DNA of 64,000 nucleotides, taken from contig CAWKBC010000029.1 in the NCBI GenBank assembly GCA_963847705.1, positions 97,278 to 161,277 on the forward strand, written 5' to 3'. A program made the translations under genes and the position numbers. Positions 55,189 through 63,709 of the stretch are shown piece after piece. Position 1 is the stretch's first letter. Each line of letters starts with the position of its first letter. The notes under the pieces were generated by a model. The model ran no database searches, was not told where the DNA came from, and was given only the letters and a program-made list of their open reading frames with translations. This DNA comes from an uncultured Pseudomonadota bacterium. Its GTDB lineage: Bacteria > Myxococcota_A > Polyangia > Fen-1088.

Positions 55189-55986
55189 ATGAAACCCAAG
55201 ACGAACGCCGTGCGTGACGAATTGATCACGTCTCATCTGCACATCGCCCGATCGCTCGCTCGTACTCTCCACTCCTCGATCGGAAAGTGTGTGGCGCTTG
55301 AAGATCTTGTCGCCTATGGCGACAAAGGTCTTGTCGAAGCGGCCTCCCGATTCGATTGCACCAAGGGCGTTCCTTTCAGCGCATTTGCGTGGCGCCGTGT
55401 TGAAGGATCGATCGTAGACGGGATCCGCGCCCACAGCCCTCTTAGCCGCCGCGCCTACGAGCGTCTTCGCACCAAACAGGCGCGCCCAGCGAACGATACT
55501 GGGACCGAGGTCCTCCTGACACCTGATCTCCCCGCGAAGGAAGACAGTGACTCCCGGCGCGCCGAGACAACCGAACCAGGCGAGGCTTGCCACGACGCCC
55601 GCTGGAACGGCCGCCGAATGGCTCACCTCCCAGTCGCTGAGGACGATTCGCTAGAGGTGCTCGTCGTCGCCGAGCTCCGACGCCTGCCCGAACGCGAGCG
55701 GCGCGTCCTCCATCTCTGTTACTACCGCGGCAAGACCCTGACAGGGGCCGCCCTTGAGATGGGGAATGGCCGCTCGTGGGCCTCGCGCCTGCACGCCGAG
55801 GGACTTGCCACCCTCCGGGCCGCCATCGAAACGAGCGATTCCGTCTCCCTACCGTCAACGCACGCCTCGCGGAAACATCGGCTCGCGGCAAGCCGACATC
55901 AGGAGAACACCACCGACCGAGAGGACGCCGACCGCGACGGTCGGTCACTCGCCACGCCAAAGCCAGGCGACGGGGATCCGCTGTGA
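55189..55986 (+). CDS. sigma-70 family RNA polymerase sigma factor (FliA/group-3-like)
   Basis: Region 2: DLVAYGDKGLVEAASRFDCTKGVPFSAFAWRRVEGSIVDGIR. Region 4: LRRLPERERRVLHLCYYRGKTLTGAALEMGNGRSWASRLHAEGL. Confidence 0.7.
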   Translation: MKPKTNAVRDELITSHLHIARSLARTLHSSIGKCVALEDLVAYGDKGLVEAASRFDCTKGVPFSAFAWRRVEGSIVDGIRAHSPLSRRAYERLRTKQARPANDTGTEVLLTPDLPAKEDSDSRRAETTEPGEACHDARWNGRRMAHLPVAEDDSLEVLVVAELRRLPERERRVLHLCYYRGKTLTGAALEMGNGRSWASRLHAEGLATLRAAIETSDSVSLPSTHASRKHRLAASRHQENTTDREDADRDGRSLATPKPGDGDPL

Positions 55987-56134
55987 CACTTGCGGCATTT
56001 CCACCGGGATTGACTTGCGATGCCGTCCGGTGGGAGCTGCGGACATTGAATCGCGAGCATGTTCTTCTATCGGCGACGGGCGGCGCCGGTTGCGCGACCG
56101 ATCCCCAGATTCGGCAGGGATTGGAGGTCTCGCG

Positions 56135-56485
56135 GTGAGCCTGTTCGACGAAAAGGTGCTCCGAGACATCGTGGCCGACGAGCTCCGCCGAGTCCTGCGC
56201 GAAGAAAGAGGCGAGTACAGGCGACCGGCCAATGACGGTGAATACCTGCCGGTTGCCGAAGCAGCAGGCCGAGCGGCCGTCGCGCCAGCGACGATCCGAA
56301 CATGGATGGCCCAAGGAAGACTTGGTCGTTACCACGCAGGACGGGAACTGCGGGTTCTCTGGTCAGAGCTGGCCAGCTTGATGCGCAAGCCGCCCAAGAA
56401 GTCGGATGGCGCCGAGGGCGACCGGATGACGCCCGAAGAGGAAGCGGCCGTCTACCTTCAGCGACGGCGCAAGCGAGCGACGTGA
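56135..56485 (+). CDS. xis: excisionase-family (MerR-like HTH) DNA-binding protein
   Basis: GTG 56135 preceded by GGAGG. EYLPVAEAAGRAAVAPATIRTWMAQGRLGRYHAGRELRV. Lies immediately upstream of the integrase. Confidence 0.6.
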   Translation: MSLFDEKVLRDIVADELRRVLREERGEYRRPANDGEYLPVAEAAGRAAVAPATIRTWMAQGRLGRYHAGRELRVLWSELASLMRKPPKKSDGAEGDRMTPEEEAAVYLQRRRKRAT

Positions 56486-56548
56486 GTCGCAAAGGTGATC
56501 TCCATCGACGACAACGCCGACGAAGATCGGCAGACTAGGAGGTGAGCC

Positions 56549-57778
56549 ATGGGAAGCCTTTACACCAAAGGGGACAAGCTCTGGATTCGCTACAAGGACG
56601 AGACCGGCAAGTGGGTCGGTGCGCCGACACAGTCGAGGCCGGGTGAGGAGAAGCGAGCCCTGCGGCACCTCGCCGCGGTGGAAGCGCACGTGAAGGCCAT
56701 GACGGAGGCGAAGACAAAGGCGGACGTGGAGCCTGGCGCGCCGCTGACAGTGGCGGCGTACGTGAATCGCTGGCTCTCCGATCGAAAACGTCTCGGCCTG
56801 CGTTCCATTCCTGACGATACGTCCCGGATGAATCTGCACGTGCTTCCACATATCGGCAGCATGGAGCTGCACGAGGTTCGTCCCCGCCACCTGCGCGAGC
56901 TCGTCTTGCGACTCCGAGAGAAAGGGAAACTCGCGCCTCGAACGATCCACCACGTCTATCATCTGACGGCGACGCTGTTCCGGACCGCGGTTGCAGAAGA
57001 GCTGATCGATGCCACTCCCTGTGTGCTTCAGCGTGGCGTTCTTCCGAAGAAGGTCGACAAGGATCCAACCTGGCGGGTCACCGCTATCTACACGCGAGAA
57101 GAGATCGAGAAGTTGATCTCCGATCGGCGCATCCCGGAGGACCGGCGCGTCCTGTATGCGCTCAAGGCGCTCGGCGGCCTTCGTCACGGAGAGGCGGCAG
57201 GTCTCCGCTGGCGGCAGTACGACCAGACGCTGGAGCCGCTCGGCGGCCTGTCTCTCGAGCAAACGAAGACGCAGGTGCCGCGACGTGTTCCCGTCCACCC
57301 TACCCTGGCCCGCGTCCTCAGCGAGTGGAAGTCAGCCGGCTTCGAGAGGACCTATGATCGAGCGCCGACCGCGATCGATCTCGTCGTTCCGACGCGCAAC
57401 TTCACCGAGCGCTCTGCGCAGGAGACGCCGAAGCAGCTGCACGGTGATCTCAGAACGCTCGGGCTGCGCGAGCGTCGTGGCCACGACCTTCGTCGCACGT
57501 TCGTCACGCTCGCTCAGGTCGATGGCGCACGCCGCGATCTCCTCGAAACGATGAGCCACGGGCCTCGGGGAGACATCGTATCCGTGTACACCACCTTCCC
57601 CTGGCCGGCGCTCTGCGCCGAGATCGCGAAGCTGAAGATCGAACTGCGATCCGACGGAGTTCACGACGGCAGTAGCAAAGCCTTTGCTACCGCGTTTGCT
57701 ACCGGTCACGTAAAAGGTCGGAACCGCTGGATAAAAAGTGTGACCCCATCGGGAATTGAACCCGAGATTTCGCCGTGA
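56549..57778 (+). CDS. int: tyrosine-type site-specific integrase
   Basis: 409 aa. RHGEAAGLRW, HDLRRTF, SHG, IVSVYT (R-H-R-Y catalytic set). The 3' end runs through attR into tRNA-Glu. Confidence 0.85.
   Translation: MGSLYTKGDKLWIRYKDETGKWVGAPTQSRPGEEKRALRHLAAVEAHVKAMTEAKTKADVEPGAPLTVAAYVNRWLSDRKRLGLRSIPDDTSRMNLHVLPHIGSMELHEVRPRHLRELVLRLREKGKLAPRTIHHVYHLTATLFRTAVAEELIDATPCVLQRGVLPKKVDKDPTWRVTAIYTREEIEKLISDRRIPEDRRVLYALKALGGLRHGEAAGLRWRQYDQTLEPLGGLSLEQTKTQVPRRVPVHPTLARVLSEWKSAGFERTYDRAPTAIDLVVPTRNFTERSAQETPKQLHGDLRTLGLRERRGHDLRRTFVTLAQVDGARRDLLETMSHGPRGDIVSVYTTFPWPALCAEIAKLKIELRSDGVHDGSSKAFATAFATGHVKGRNRWIKSVTPSGIEPEISP
57739..57760. repeat. attR: 22-bp direct repeat within the tRNA-Glu 3' end
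   Basis: Identical to 43407..43428. Covers tRNA positions 53-72 plus 2 nt downstream. Confidence 0.8.
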
Positions 57779-57812
57779 GAGGGCGACGTCCTAACCGCTA
57801 GACCATGGGGCC
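57741..57812 (-). tRNA. tRNA-Glu (anticodon CTC)
   Basis: Folded by hand: acceptor GGCCCCA/TGGGGTC, D stem GTCT/GGAC, anticodon stem TCGCC/GGCGA with loop CTCTCAC, T stem TCGGG/CCCGA with loop TTCAATT. 72 nt, no encoded CCA. Confidence 0.9.
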
Positions 57813-57830
57813 GCTATTCAGTTTTCAGAG

Positions 57831-57901
57831 TTCGGGGACAAGGATTCGAACCTTGATAGCCACATCCAGAGTGTGGCGTCCTGCCATTAGACGATCCCCG
57901 A
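57831..57901 (-). tRNA. tRNA-Gln (anticodon CTG)
   Basis: Folded by hand: acceptor TCGGGGA/TCCCCGA (U1-A72), D stem GTCT/GGAC, anticodon stem CCACA/TGTGG with loop CTCTGGA, T stem CAAGG/CCTTG with loop TTCGAAT. 71 nt. Confidence 0.9.
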
Positions 57902-58050
57902 TCACGTACCCCCGCCGCTCCGGAAGGCGGGACGCACATATCTAAAGAGGCGGGGCCCGCCTGTCAAGCCCGCGAAATCTGTCGGCGATTCGGGTTTGGT
58001 GGTTCCCCGGTTTCATGATAGCGATCGAAGGCTCGGGAGAGACCCGCCGC

Positions 58051-59346
58051 ATGGAGCTATCCTTCTGGGCTGCCACCGATGTAGGCAAGAAGCGCGAGGC
58101 GAACGAGGACAATTTCCTCGTCGACAAGAAGCTGTCGCTCTTCGTGGTGGCCGACGGCATGGGCGGGCATGCCTCGGGCGAAGTGGCCTCGCAGCTGGCC
58201 GTGCACGAGTTCCGCAACGCGGCTGACGCGGGGCGTGAGCTGCTCGAGCACTACGCCAAGGCCGACGGGAAGACCCGGCCGACCGAGATCCTGGCCATGC
58301 TGGAGAACGCCATCCAGACGGCCGGGCAGACCATCTATCAAAAGGGGGTCGCCGAGCCGGAGAAGCGTGGGATGGGGACCACCTGTTCGGCGCTGCTCAT
58401 CGCCGGGGACCGCGGGTTCATCGCCCACGTCGGCGACAGCCGGATCTACATGTTGCGGGCCGGGCAAGTGGTTCAACTGACCGAGGACCACTCGCTGATG
58501 AACGAGCTCATCAAGCGCGGCCGCGTGACCAAGGAGGGGTTCGAGACCTCCGCCTACAAGCAGTACAAGAACGCGGTCACCCGCGCGGTCGGCGTCTACG
58601 AGACGGTCCAGCCCGACACCATCGACTTCGAAATCTTCCCCGGCGATCAGTTCCTGCTCTGCTCGGACGGCCTGCACGCCTACCTGAACGACACGCGGAT
58701 CATCGATTCGCTCAAGGGCGACGACGTCAAGCTGCTCCCCAAGAAGTTCATCGATCTGGCCAACGCCGGGGGTGGCCACGACAACATCACCGCCATCGTC
58801 ATCAGGGTCGAGGGGGCCGAGGCGGTGGCCGGGGCGCCGGCCGACGATCGCGCCGCGGAGCTGGCGCGCAAGGTCGACGTCCTGCGGAAGATGCCGCTCT
58901 TCCGGCACCTCATCTACAAGGAGATCCTGCGGGTCCTCAACGTCACCCAGGTGCGCGAGTACGCGCCGGGCGAGGAGATCCTCAAGGAGGGGACGACCGG
59001 GGACGAGATGTTCGTGCTCCTGCGCGGCAAGATTCGCCTCCACAAGAACGACGCCTTCATCACCCACCTCGAGCCGGGGTCGCACATCGGGGAGATGGCG
59101 CTCATCGATCGCCGCCAGCCCCGCTCGGCCAGCGCCACCGCCGAGGAGCGCTCGCGTGTGCTATCGCTTTCCCGCAAGGATTTTTACGAGATCATTCGCA
59201 AGGAGCCACAGCTGTCGACCAAGTTGCTCTGGGCGTTCACCCAGGTGCTGGCCGACCGCCTGCGCAAGACCACGGCGGAATTATCGGGGGCGCGACTGGA
59301 GGCGGGGGCAGAGGATTTGACCGCCGACATCATGTTCGAGGAGTGA
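58051..59346 (+). CDS. PP2C-family Ser/Thr phosphatase fused to a cyclic-nucleotide-binding domain
   Basis: MELSFWAATDVGKKREANEDNF...VVADGMGGHASGEVAS...CSDGL...GGHDNITAIV. Then PLFRHL...GEEILKEGTTGDEMFVLLRGKIRL...GEMALID...RSASATA. Confidence 0.8.
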   Translation: MELSFWAATDVGKKREANEDNFLVDKKLSLFVVADGMGGHASGEVASQLAVHEFRNAADAGRELLEHYAKADGKTRPTEILAMLENAIQTAGQTIYQKGVAEPEKRGMGTTCSALLIAGDRGFIAHVGDSRIYMLRAGQVVQLTEDHSLMNELIKRGRVTKEGFETSAYKQYKNAVTRAVGVYETVQPDTIDFEIFPGDQFLLCSDGLHAYLNDTRIIDSLKGDDVKLLPKKFIDLANAGGGHDNITAIVIRVEGAEAVAGAPADDRAAELARKVDVLRKMPLFRHLIYKEILRVLNVTQVREYAPGEEILKEGTTGDEMFVLLRGKIRLHKNDAFITHLEPGSHIGEMALIDRRQPRSASATAEERSRVLSLSRKDFYEIIRKEPQLSTKLLWAFTQVLADRLRKTTAELSGARLEAGAEDLTADIMFEE

Positions 59347-59352
59347 CCACCG

Positions 59353-60744
59353 ATGTCCGACCAGTTCCGTATCGAAACCGATTCGCTCGGTAACGTCGAG
59401 GTTCCGTCCGCCGCCCTCTACGGCGCGCAGACCCAGCGCGCCCACCAGAACTTCCCGGTCAGCGGGCTGCGCCTCCCCCGCCGGGTGATCCGCGCGCTGG
59501 CGCTGGTGAAAAAGGCCGCCGCCGAGGTGAACCGCGACAGCGGCAAGCTCGACGCCAAGCTGGCCGACGCCATCATCAAGGCCGCCCACGAGGTCGCCGC
59601 CGGCCAGCACGACGACAACTTCGTGGTCGACATCTTCCAGACCGGGTCCGGCACCTCCAGCAACATGAACACCAACGAGGTGATCTCCAACCGCGCCATC
59701 CAGCTCCTGGGCGGAGTGGTCGGCAGCAAGAAGCCGGTGCACCCCAACGACCACGTCAACATGGGGCAGTCCTCCAACGACGTCTTCCCGACGGCGGTCC
59801 ACATCGCCGCCGTCGAGGCGATGGAGCGCGATCTGCTGCCGTCGCTGGAGGCGCTGGAGGGGGCGCTCACCGCCAAGGCCAAGGCCTTCGACCACATCGT
59901 GAAGATCGGGCGCACCCACCTGATGGACGCGGTGCCGATCCGCCTGGGGCAGGAGTTCGCCGGCTACGCCCAGATGCTGACCAACACCATCCGCCGCGTG
60001 AAGGCGGCCACCGGCGCGGCCTCGGAGCTGGCGCTGGGCGGCACCGCCGTCGGCACCGGCCTCGGGTCGGAGCCCTCGTTCGCCCCCAAGGTCATCGGGA
60101 TCATCTCCCGGGAGATCGGCATTCACCTCAAGCAGGCGCCCAACCTGTGCGAGGCGCTGTCGGCGCGCGACGGCCTGGTGGAGGCGTCGGGGGCGCTCCG
60201 CTCGGCGGCGGTCAGCCTGACCAAGGTGGCCAACGACATCCGCTGGCTCGGCTCGGGGCCGCGCTGCGGGATCGGCGAGATTCACCTGCCCGATCTGCAG
60301 CCCGGCAGCTCGATCATGCCGGGGAAGGTGAACCCGGTCATGTCCGAGATGCTGCTGATGATCTGTGCGCAGGTCATCGGGAACGACGCCACCGTCGGGT
60401 GGGGCGGCGCCGCCGGCAACTTCGAGCTCAACGTGATGATCCCCGTGATCGCCTACAACCTGCTGCACTCCATCGGCATCCTGGCCAACGGCTGCCGGCT
60501 GTTCGCCGCGCGCTGTGTCGAGGGGATCGAGCCGAACGAGAAGCGCTGCAACGAGCTCATCGAGCAGAGCCTGGCCATGGTGACCGCGCTCAACCCGCGC
60601 ATCGGCTACGACGCGGCGGCGGCCATCGCCAAGGAGTCGGTCAAGACCGGGAAGACCGTGCGAGAGCTCTGTCTGGAGAAAAACGTGCTCCCCCCCGACG
60701 AGCTGGCGCGACTTCTCGACGCCCGCTCGATGACCGGGTCCTGA
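59353..60744 (+). CDS. fumC: class II fumarate hydratase (fumarase/aspartase superfamily)
   Basis: ETDSLGNVEVPSAALYGAQTQRA, QTGSGTSSNMN, NDHVNMGQSSNDVFPTA, GSSIMPGKVNP. A few positions are aspartase-like, so the fumarase-versus-aspartase call is not absolute. Confidence 0.7.
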   Translation: MSDQFRIETDSLGNVEVPSAALYGAQTQRAHQNFPVSGLRLPRRVIRALALVKKAAAEVNRDSGKLDAKLADAIIKAAHEVAAGQHDDNFVVDIFQTGSGTSSNMNTNEVISNRAIQLLGGVVGSKKPVHPNDHVNMGQSSNDVFPTAVHIAAVEAMERDLLPSLEALEGALTAKAKAFDHIVKIGRTHLMDAVPIRLGQEFAGYAQMLTNTIRRVKAATGAASELALGGTAVGTGLGSEPSFAPKVIGIISREIGIHLKQAPNLCEALSARDGLVEASGALRSAAVSLTKVANDIRWLGSGPRCGIGEIHLPDLQPGSSIMPGKVNPVMSEMLLMICAQVIGNDATVGWGGAAGNFELNVMIPVIAYNLLHSIGILANGCRLFAARCVEGIEPNEKRCNELIEQSLAMVTALNPRIGYDAAAAIAKESVKTGKTVRELCLEKNVLPPDELARLLDARSMTGS

Positions 60745-60867
60745 GGACTGGCCACCGCCGACCGCCGCCAGAAAACTGCGTCCGAATGGCGGGAAGTGAA
60801 AATATCGCGCGCCCCGGCACTCATTTTTCGTCCGAGCCCCCCATTAAGAAGACGAAAGGAATCACCT

Positions 60868-61455
60868 ATGCAGTCACCTCTTCGCAGTCAGGTCTCGGGA
60901 TGGGTCGGGTTCGCCGGCGCCGCGGGCGCGCTGGTGGCCGTCTTGATGGTGTCGGGCTGTCCCGGCACGCTCGACCCGTCGATGTTCAAGAACACGGGGG
61001 GAAGCAACGGAACCGGGGGGAGCGGGAATGGGACCGGGGGCAGCGGCCAGACGGGCGGAACGCCCGGCACCGGCGGGACCTCCGTCAGCTGCACCGGCGG
61101 CAATGACGGCGCCTCCATTTTGAACGTCAACTGCGCGACCTCCTCCTGTCACATTCCCGGCGCGACCAACGACGGCACGGCCGGTGGCCTCGACCTGACC
61201 CCCGACGCCAACATCGGCTCGCGCCTGGTCGGCGTCACGTCGGTGGGAACGGCGGACAACGGATCGATGTGCGTGGGCAACTCCACGCCGTACCTGAACG
61301 CAGGCTCGAACCCGGCCACCGGTCTCTTCATCGACAAGTTCACGATGACCCACCCACCCTGCGGCGCCCAGATGCCCTTCGACTCGCCGTTTCCCCTGAC
61401 CTCCACCCAGCAGAGCTGCCTGATACAGTGGGCCACGACGCTGACGTCGCCGTGA
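60868..61455 (+). CDS. lipoprotein with a CX4CH motif (cytochrome-c-like domain?), tandem paralogue 1
   Basis: ATG 60868. LVAVLMVSGC lipobox, Gly-rich linker, NCATSSCHIPG...GGLDLTPDANIGSRLVG...CGAQMP...QQSCLIQWATTL. Confidence 0.6.
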   Translation: MQSPLRSQVSGWVGFAGAAGALVAVLMVSGCPGTLDPSMFKNTGGSNGTGGSGNGTGGSGQTGGTPGTGGTSVSCTGGNDGASILNVNCATSSCHIPGATNDGTAGGLDLTPDANIGSRLVGVTSVGTADNGSMCVGNSTPYLNAGSNPATGLFIDKFTMTHPPCGAQMPFDSPFPLTSTQQSCLIQWATTLTSP

Positions 61456-62039
61456 TGATGACCGACCCTCAATCACCCACGCGCGGGCCGTTCCCGGAGG
61501 GCGTTGGGTTCGCCGGCGCCGCCGGCGCGCTCGTGACCCTCTTGATGCTGTCGGGCTGCCCCGGCACGCTCGACCCGAATCAGTTCCCAACCGGGACGGG
61601 GGGAAGCACCGGGAGCGGCGGGACCGGCGGCAGCGGCCCGACGGGCGGAGTGCCCGGCACCGGGGGAACCGCCCTCGACTGCACCGGCGGTAACGAGGGC
61701 ACCGCCATCCTGACCAACTCCTGCGCCGTCTCCAACTGCCACATCCCGGGCTCGGCCAACGACGGCGTGGCCGGTGGTCTCGACCTGACCCCCGACGCCA
61801 ACATCGCCTCGCGCCTGGTCGGCGTCATGTCGGTGGGGACGGCGGACAACGGCTCCATGTGCATGGGACAAGGACCGTACCTCGACGCCCATTCGAACCC
61901 GGCCACCGGTCTCCTGCTCGACAAGCTCAAGCCAAGCCGCCCTTGCGGCGCCCAGATGCCTGCGGACTCGGCATTCTTTCTGACTCCCACCCAGCAGAGC
62001 TGCCTCACCCAGTGGGCGACGACGCTGACCTCGCCATGA
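61455..62039 (+). CDS. lipoprotein with a CX4CH motif, tandem paralogue 2
   Basis: The ATG overlaps the previous stop (TGATG). LVTLLMLSGC lipobox, SCAVSNCHIPG...GGLDLTPDANIASRLVG...CGAQMP...QQSCLTQWATTL. Confidence 0.6.
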   Translation: MMTDPQSPTRGPFPEGVGFAGAAGALVTLLMLSGCPGTLDPNQFPTGTGGSTGSGGTGGSGPTGGVPGTGGTALDCTGGNEGTAILTNSCAVSNCHIPGSANDGVAGGLDLTPDANIASRLVGVMSVGTADNGSMCMGQGPYLDAHSNPATGLLLDKLKPSRPCGAQMPADSAFFLTPTQQSCLTQWATTLTSP

Positions 62040-62154
62040 AAAGCGCGATGAAAGGCACCATGGTCTCCAGAACCCAGTCCCCGCAGCAGCGCACCGTCGG
62101 TCGTTCGCAGTCCCACAGACAACCGGCGGAAGGTCTCGTCTGGGCGGCCGCCCG

Positions 62155-63708
62155 ATGAGAGGGGCGACGCGGGTTTCACGGCTGGTTTGGCTGCTGCCTT
62201 TGGCCCTTCTGTTCTCCTCGGCCGCAGCCGAGGCGGCCGGCAAGCGCATCGGCGTCCCCAAGTTCGAGGGGGCGCAAGAGGCGCTGGTCCGCAAGGAGGT
62301 GATGAAGGTGCTCAAGGCGCACGGCTTCGAGGTGGTGGGCTCGCGCGCCATGGCTGACGCCATCAGCAGCACCGGCGCCAGCCTCGACGCCGACGACGGC
62401 CTCAAGACGCTGGCCAAGGAGCTGGCGCTGTCGGCCATCGTGACGGGCGAGGTCGGACCGAAGCGGGCCAAGCTCGTCGTCCACGACGGCGGTGAGGGCT
62501 CGATCCTGGGCGACGGCTCGTTCAGCGGCGCCAACCCGCGCAAGCTGGGGACCGAGGTGGGGCTGACGTTCTGGAAGAAGCTTGGTCCCGACGTCGGCCG
62601 CGGGCATGTCCCGTCCGGCGCCAAGAAGCCCTCCGGGGCCGCGGCGGCCGAGGACGAGACCGGCGCTCCGGGGAGCGAAGCCGAGGCCAAGCCCAGGGAC
62701 GATTCGTCGGGCTCCGAGGCGGCCGCCGCATCCGACGAGGCGGCCTCAGCGGCGAAGAAGAAGAAGTCGAAGGTGAAGATGGAGGAGACGCCCGCGGAGG
62801 CCGCGGCGCCGGCGATCCCCTCGGGACGCGCCTGGCTCGACTTCGAGCTGGGGATCGGCGGCTACAACCGCAGCCTGACGTTCAACCAGAACCTCAGCCC
62901 CAGCCTGCTCTCCTACACGCTCGGCGTGGGACCAATCGCGGTGGCGAACATCGTGATGTACCCGCTCGACCCGCTCTGGGGCGGCTTGCTCGGCAACATC
63001 GGCCTCGAGGCGGAGATCCAGCAGGGATTCGGCATCTCCTCGACGCTGTCCAACGGCGGCCCCAGCTTCAAGGACGTGGTGCACGACTACGCGGGCGGCG
63101 GCCGCTACCGCTTCACGTTTGGCGCCGAAAACGACTTCTACCTCTCGTTCACCGGCGGCGAGGACGCCTTCACGTTCACGGGGCGAAGCGGGACGAATAT
63201 GCTCAACATCCCCGACACCATCTACCACTACGTTCGCCCCGGCCTCGGTGTCGACATGGCGATTGGCTCCGGACTCTCGCTCGCCTTGAGCGGCGGATAC
63301 CGGGTGGTCCTCAACAACGCCGGCCCGCAGTTCCTGCAATTCTTCCCCCATTCGACCGTGGCCGGCGCCGACGCCGAGCTCGTGGCCCGCTACGCGATCT
63401 CCGAGAGGTTCCAGGTGCGCGCGGGCCTGGAGTGGCGCCGCTACTGGTTCGCCATGCATTCCCTGCCCAGCGACGTCAACAGCAACGGGGTCTTCATCGC
63501 GGGCGGCGCGGTCGATCAGTCGTTCGCCTTCACGGCGCGCCTCGCGATCCTGATCGGCAGCAGCAACGTCCCCAAGGCCGAGGGGGGCGCCGGCGCCGAG
63601 GAGGCACCGCCGCCAGCGCCGCCCCCCACCTCCAAGGGGCGCGGGAGCAAGTCCGACGAGGACTCGGGCGGCGACAGCGACGCGGGGACGGCTCCGTCCG
63701 TCGAGTAG
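62155..63708 (+). CDS. secreted protein with an N-terminal LpoB/CsgG-like module and a C-terminal beta-barrel-like region, unknown function
   Basis: Signal [30 protein letters not shown]... Acidic and Lys-rich linker. The C-terminal 300 aa have alternating beta-strand patterns. Confidence 0.5.
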   Translation: MRGATRVSRLVWLLPLALLFSSAAAEAAGKRIGVPKFEGAQEALVRKEVMKVLKAHGFEVVGSRAMADAISSTGASLDADDGLKTLAKELALSAIVTGEVGPKRAKLVVHDGGEGSILGDGSFSGANPRKLGTEVGLTFWKKLGPDVGRGHVPSGAKKPSGAAAAEDETGAPGSEAEAKPRDDSSGSEAAAASDEAASAAKKKKSKVKMEETPAEAAAPAIPSGRAWLDFELGIGGYNRSLTFNQNLSPSLLSYTLGVGPIAVANIVMYPLDPLWGGLLGNIGLEAEIQQGFGISSTLSNGGPSFKDVVHDYAGGGRYRFTFGAENDFYLSFTGGEDAFTFTGRSGTNMLNIPDTIYHYVRPGLGVDMAIGSGLSLALSGGYRVVLNNAGPQFLQFFPHSTVAGADAELVARYAISERFQVRAGLEWRRYWFAMHSLPSDVNSNGVFIAGGAVDQSFAFTARLAILIGSSNVPKAEGGAGAEEAPPPAPPPTSKGRGSKSDEDSGGDSDAGTAPSVE

Positions 63709-63709
63709 G

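Larger units (their letters stand above)
43407..57760. mobile_element. integrative mobilizable element (about 14.35 kb) inserted at the 3' end of tRNA-Glu
   Basis: Bounded by perfect 22-bp direct repeats. A tyrosine integrase and an excisionase sit next to the tRNA. It has an IncP-type relaxase module with an oriT-like site. No T4SS or coupling-protein genes are present. Confidence 0.75.

Noticed and set aside
58057-60468. 342-aa and 395-aa minus-strand ORFs opposite the PP2C and fumC genes
   Set aside because: Antisense shadows with Asp/Gly/Arg/Val-rich low complexity. The plus-strand frames carry complete family motifs.
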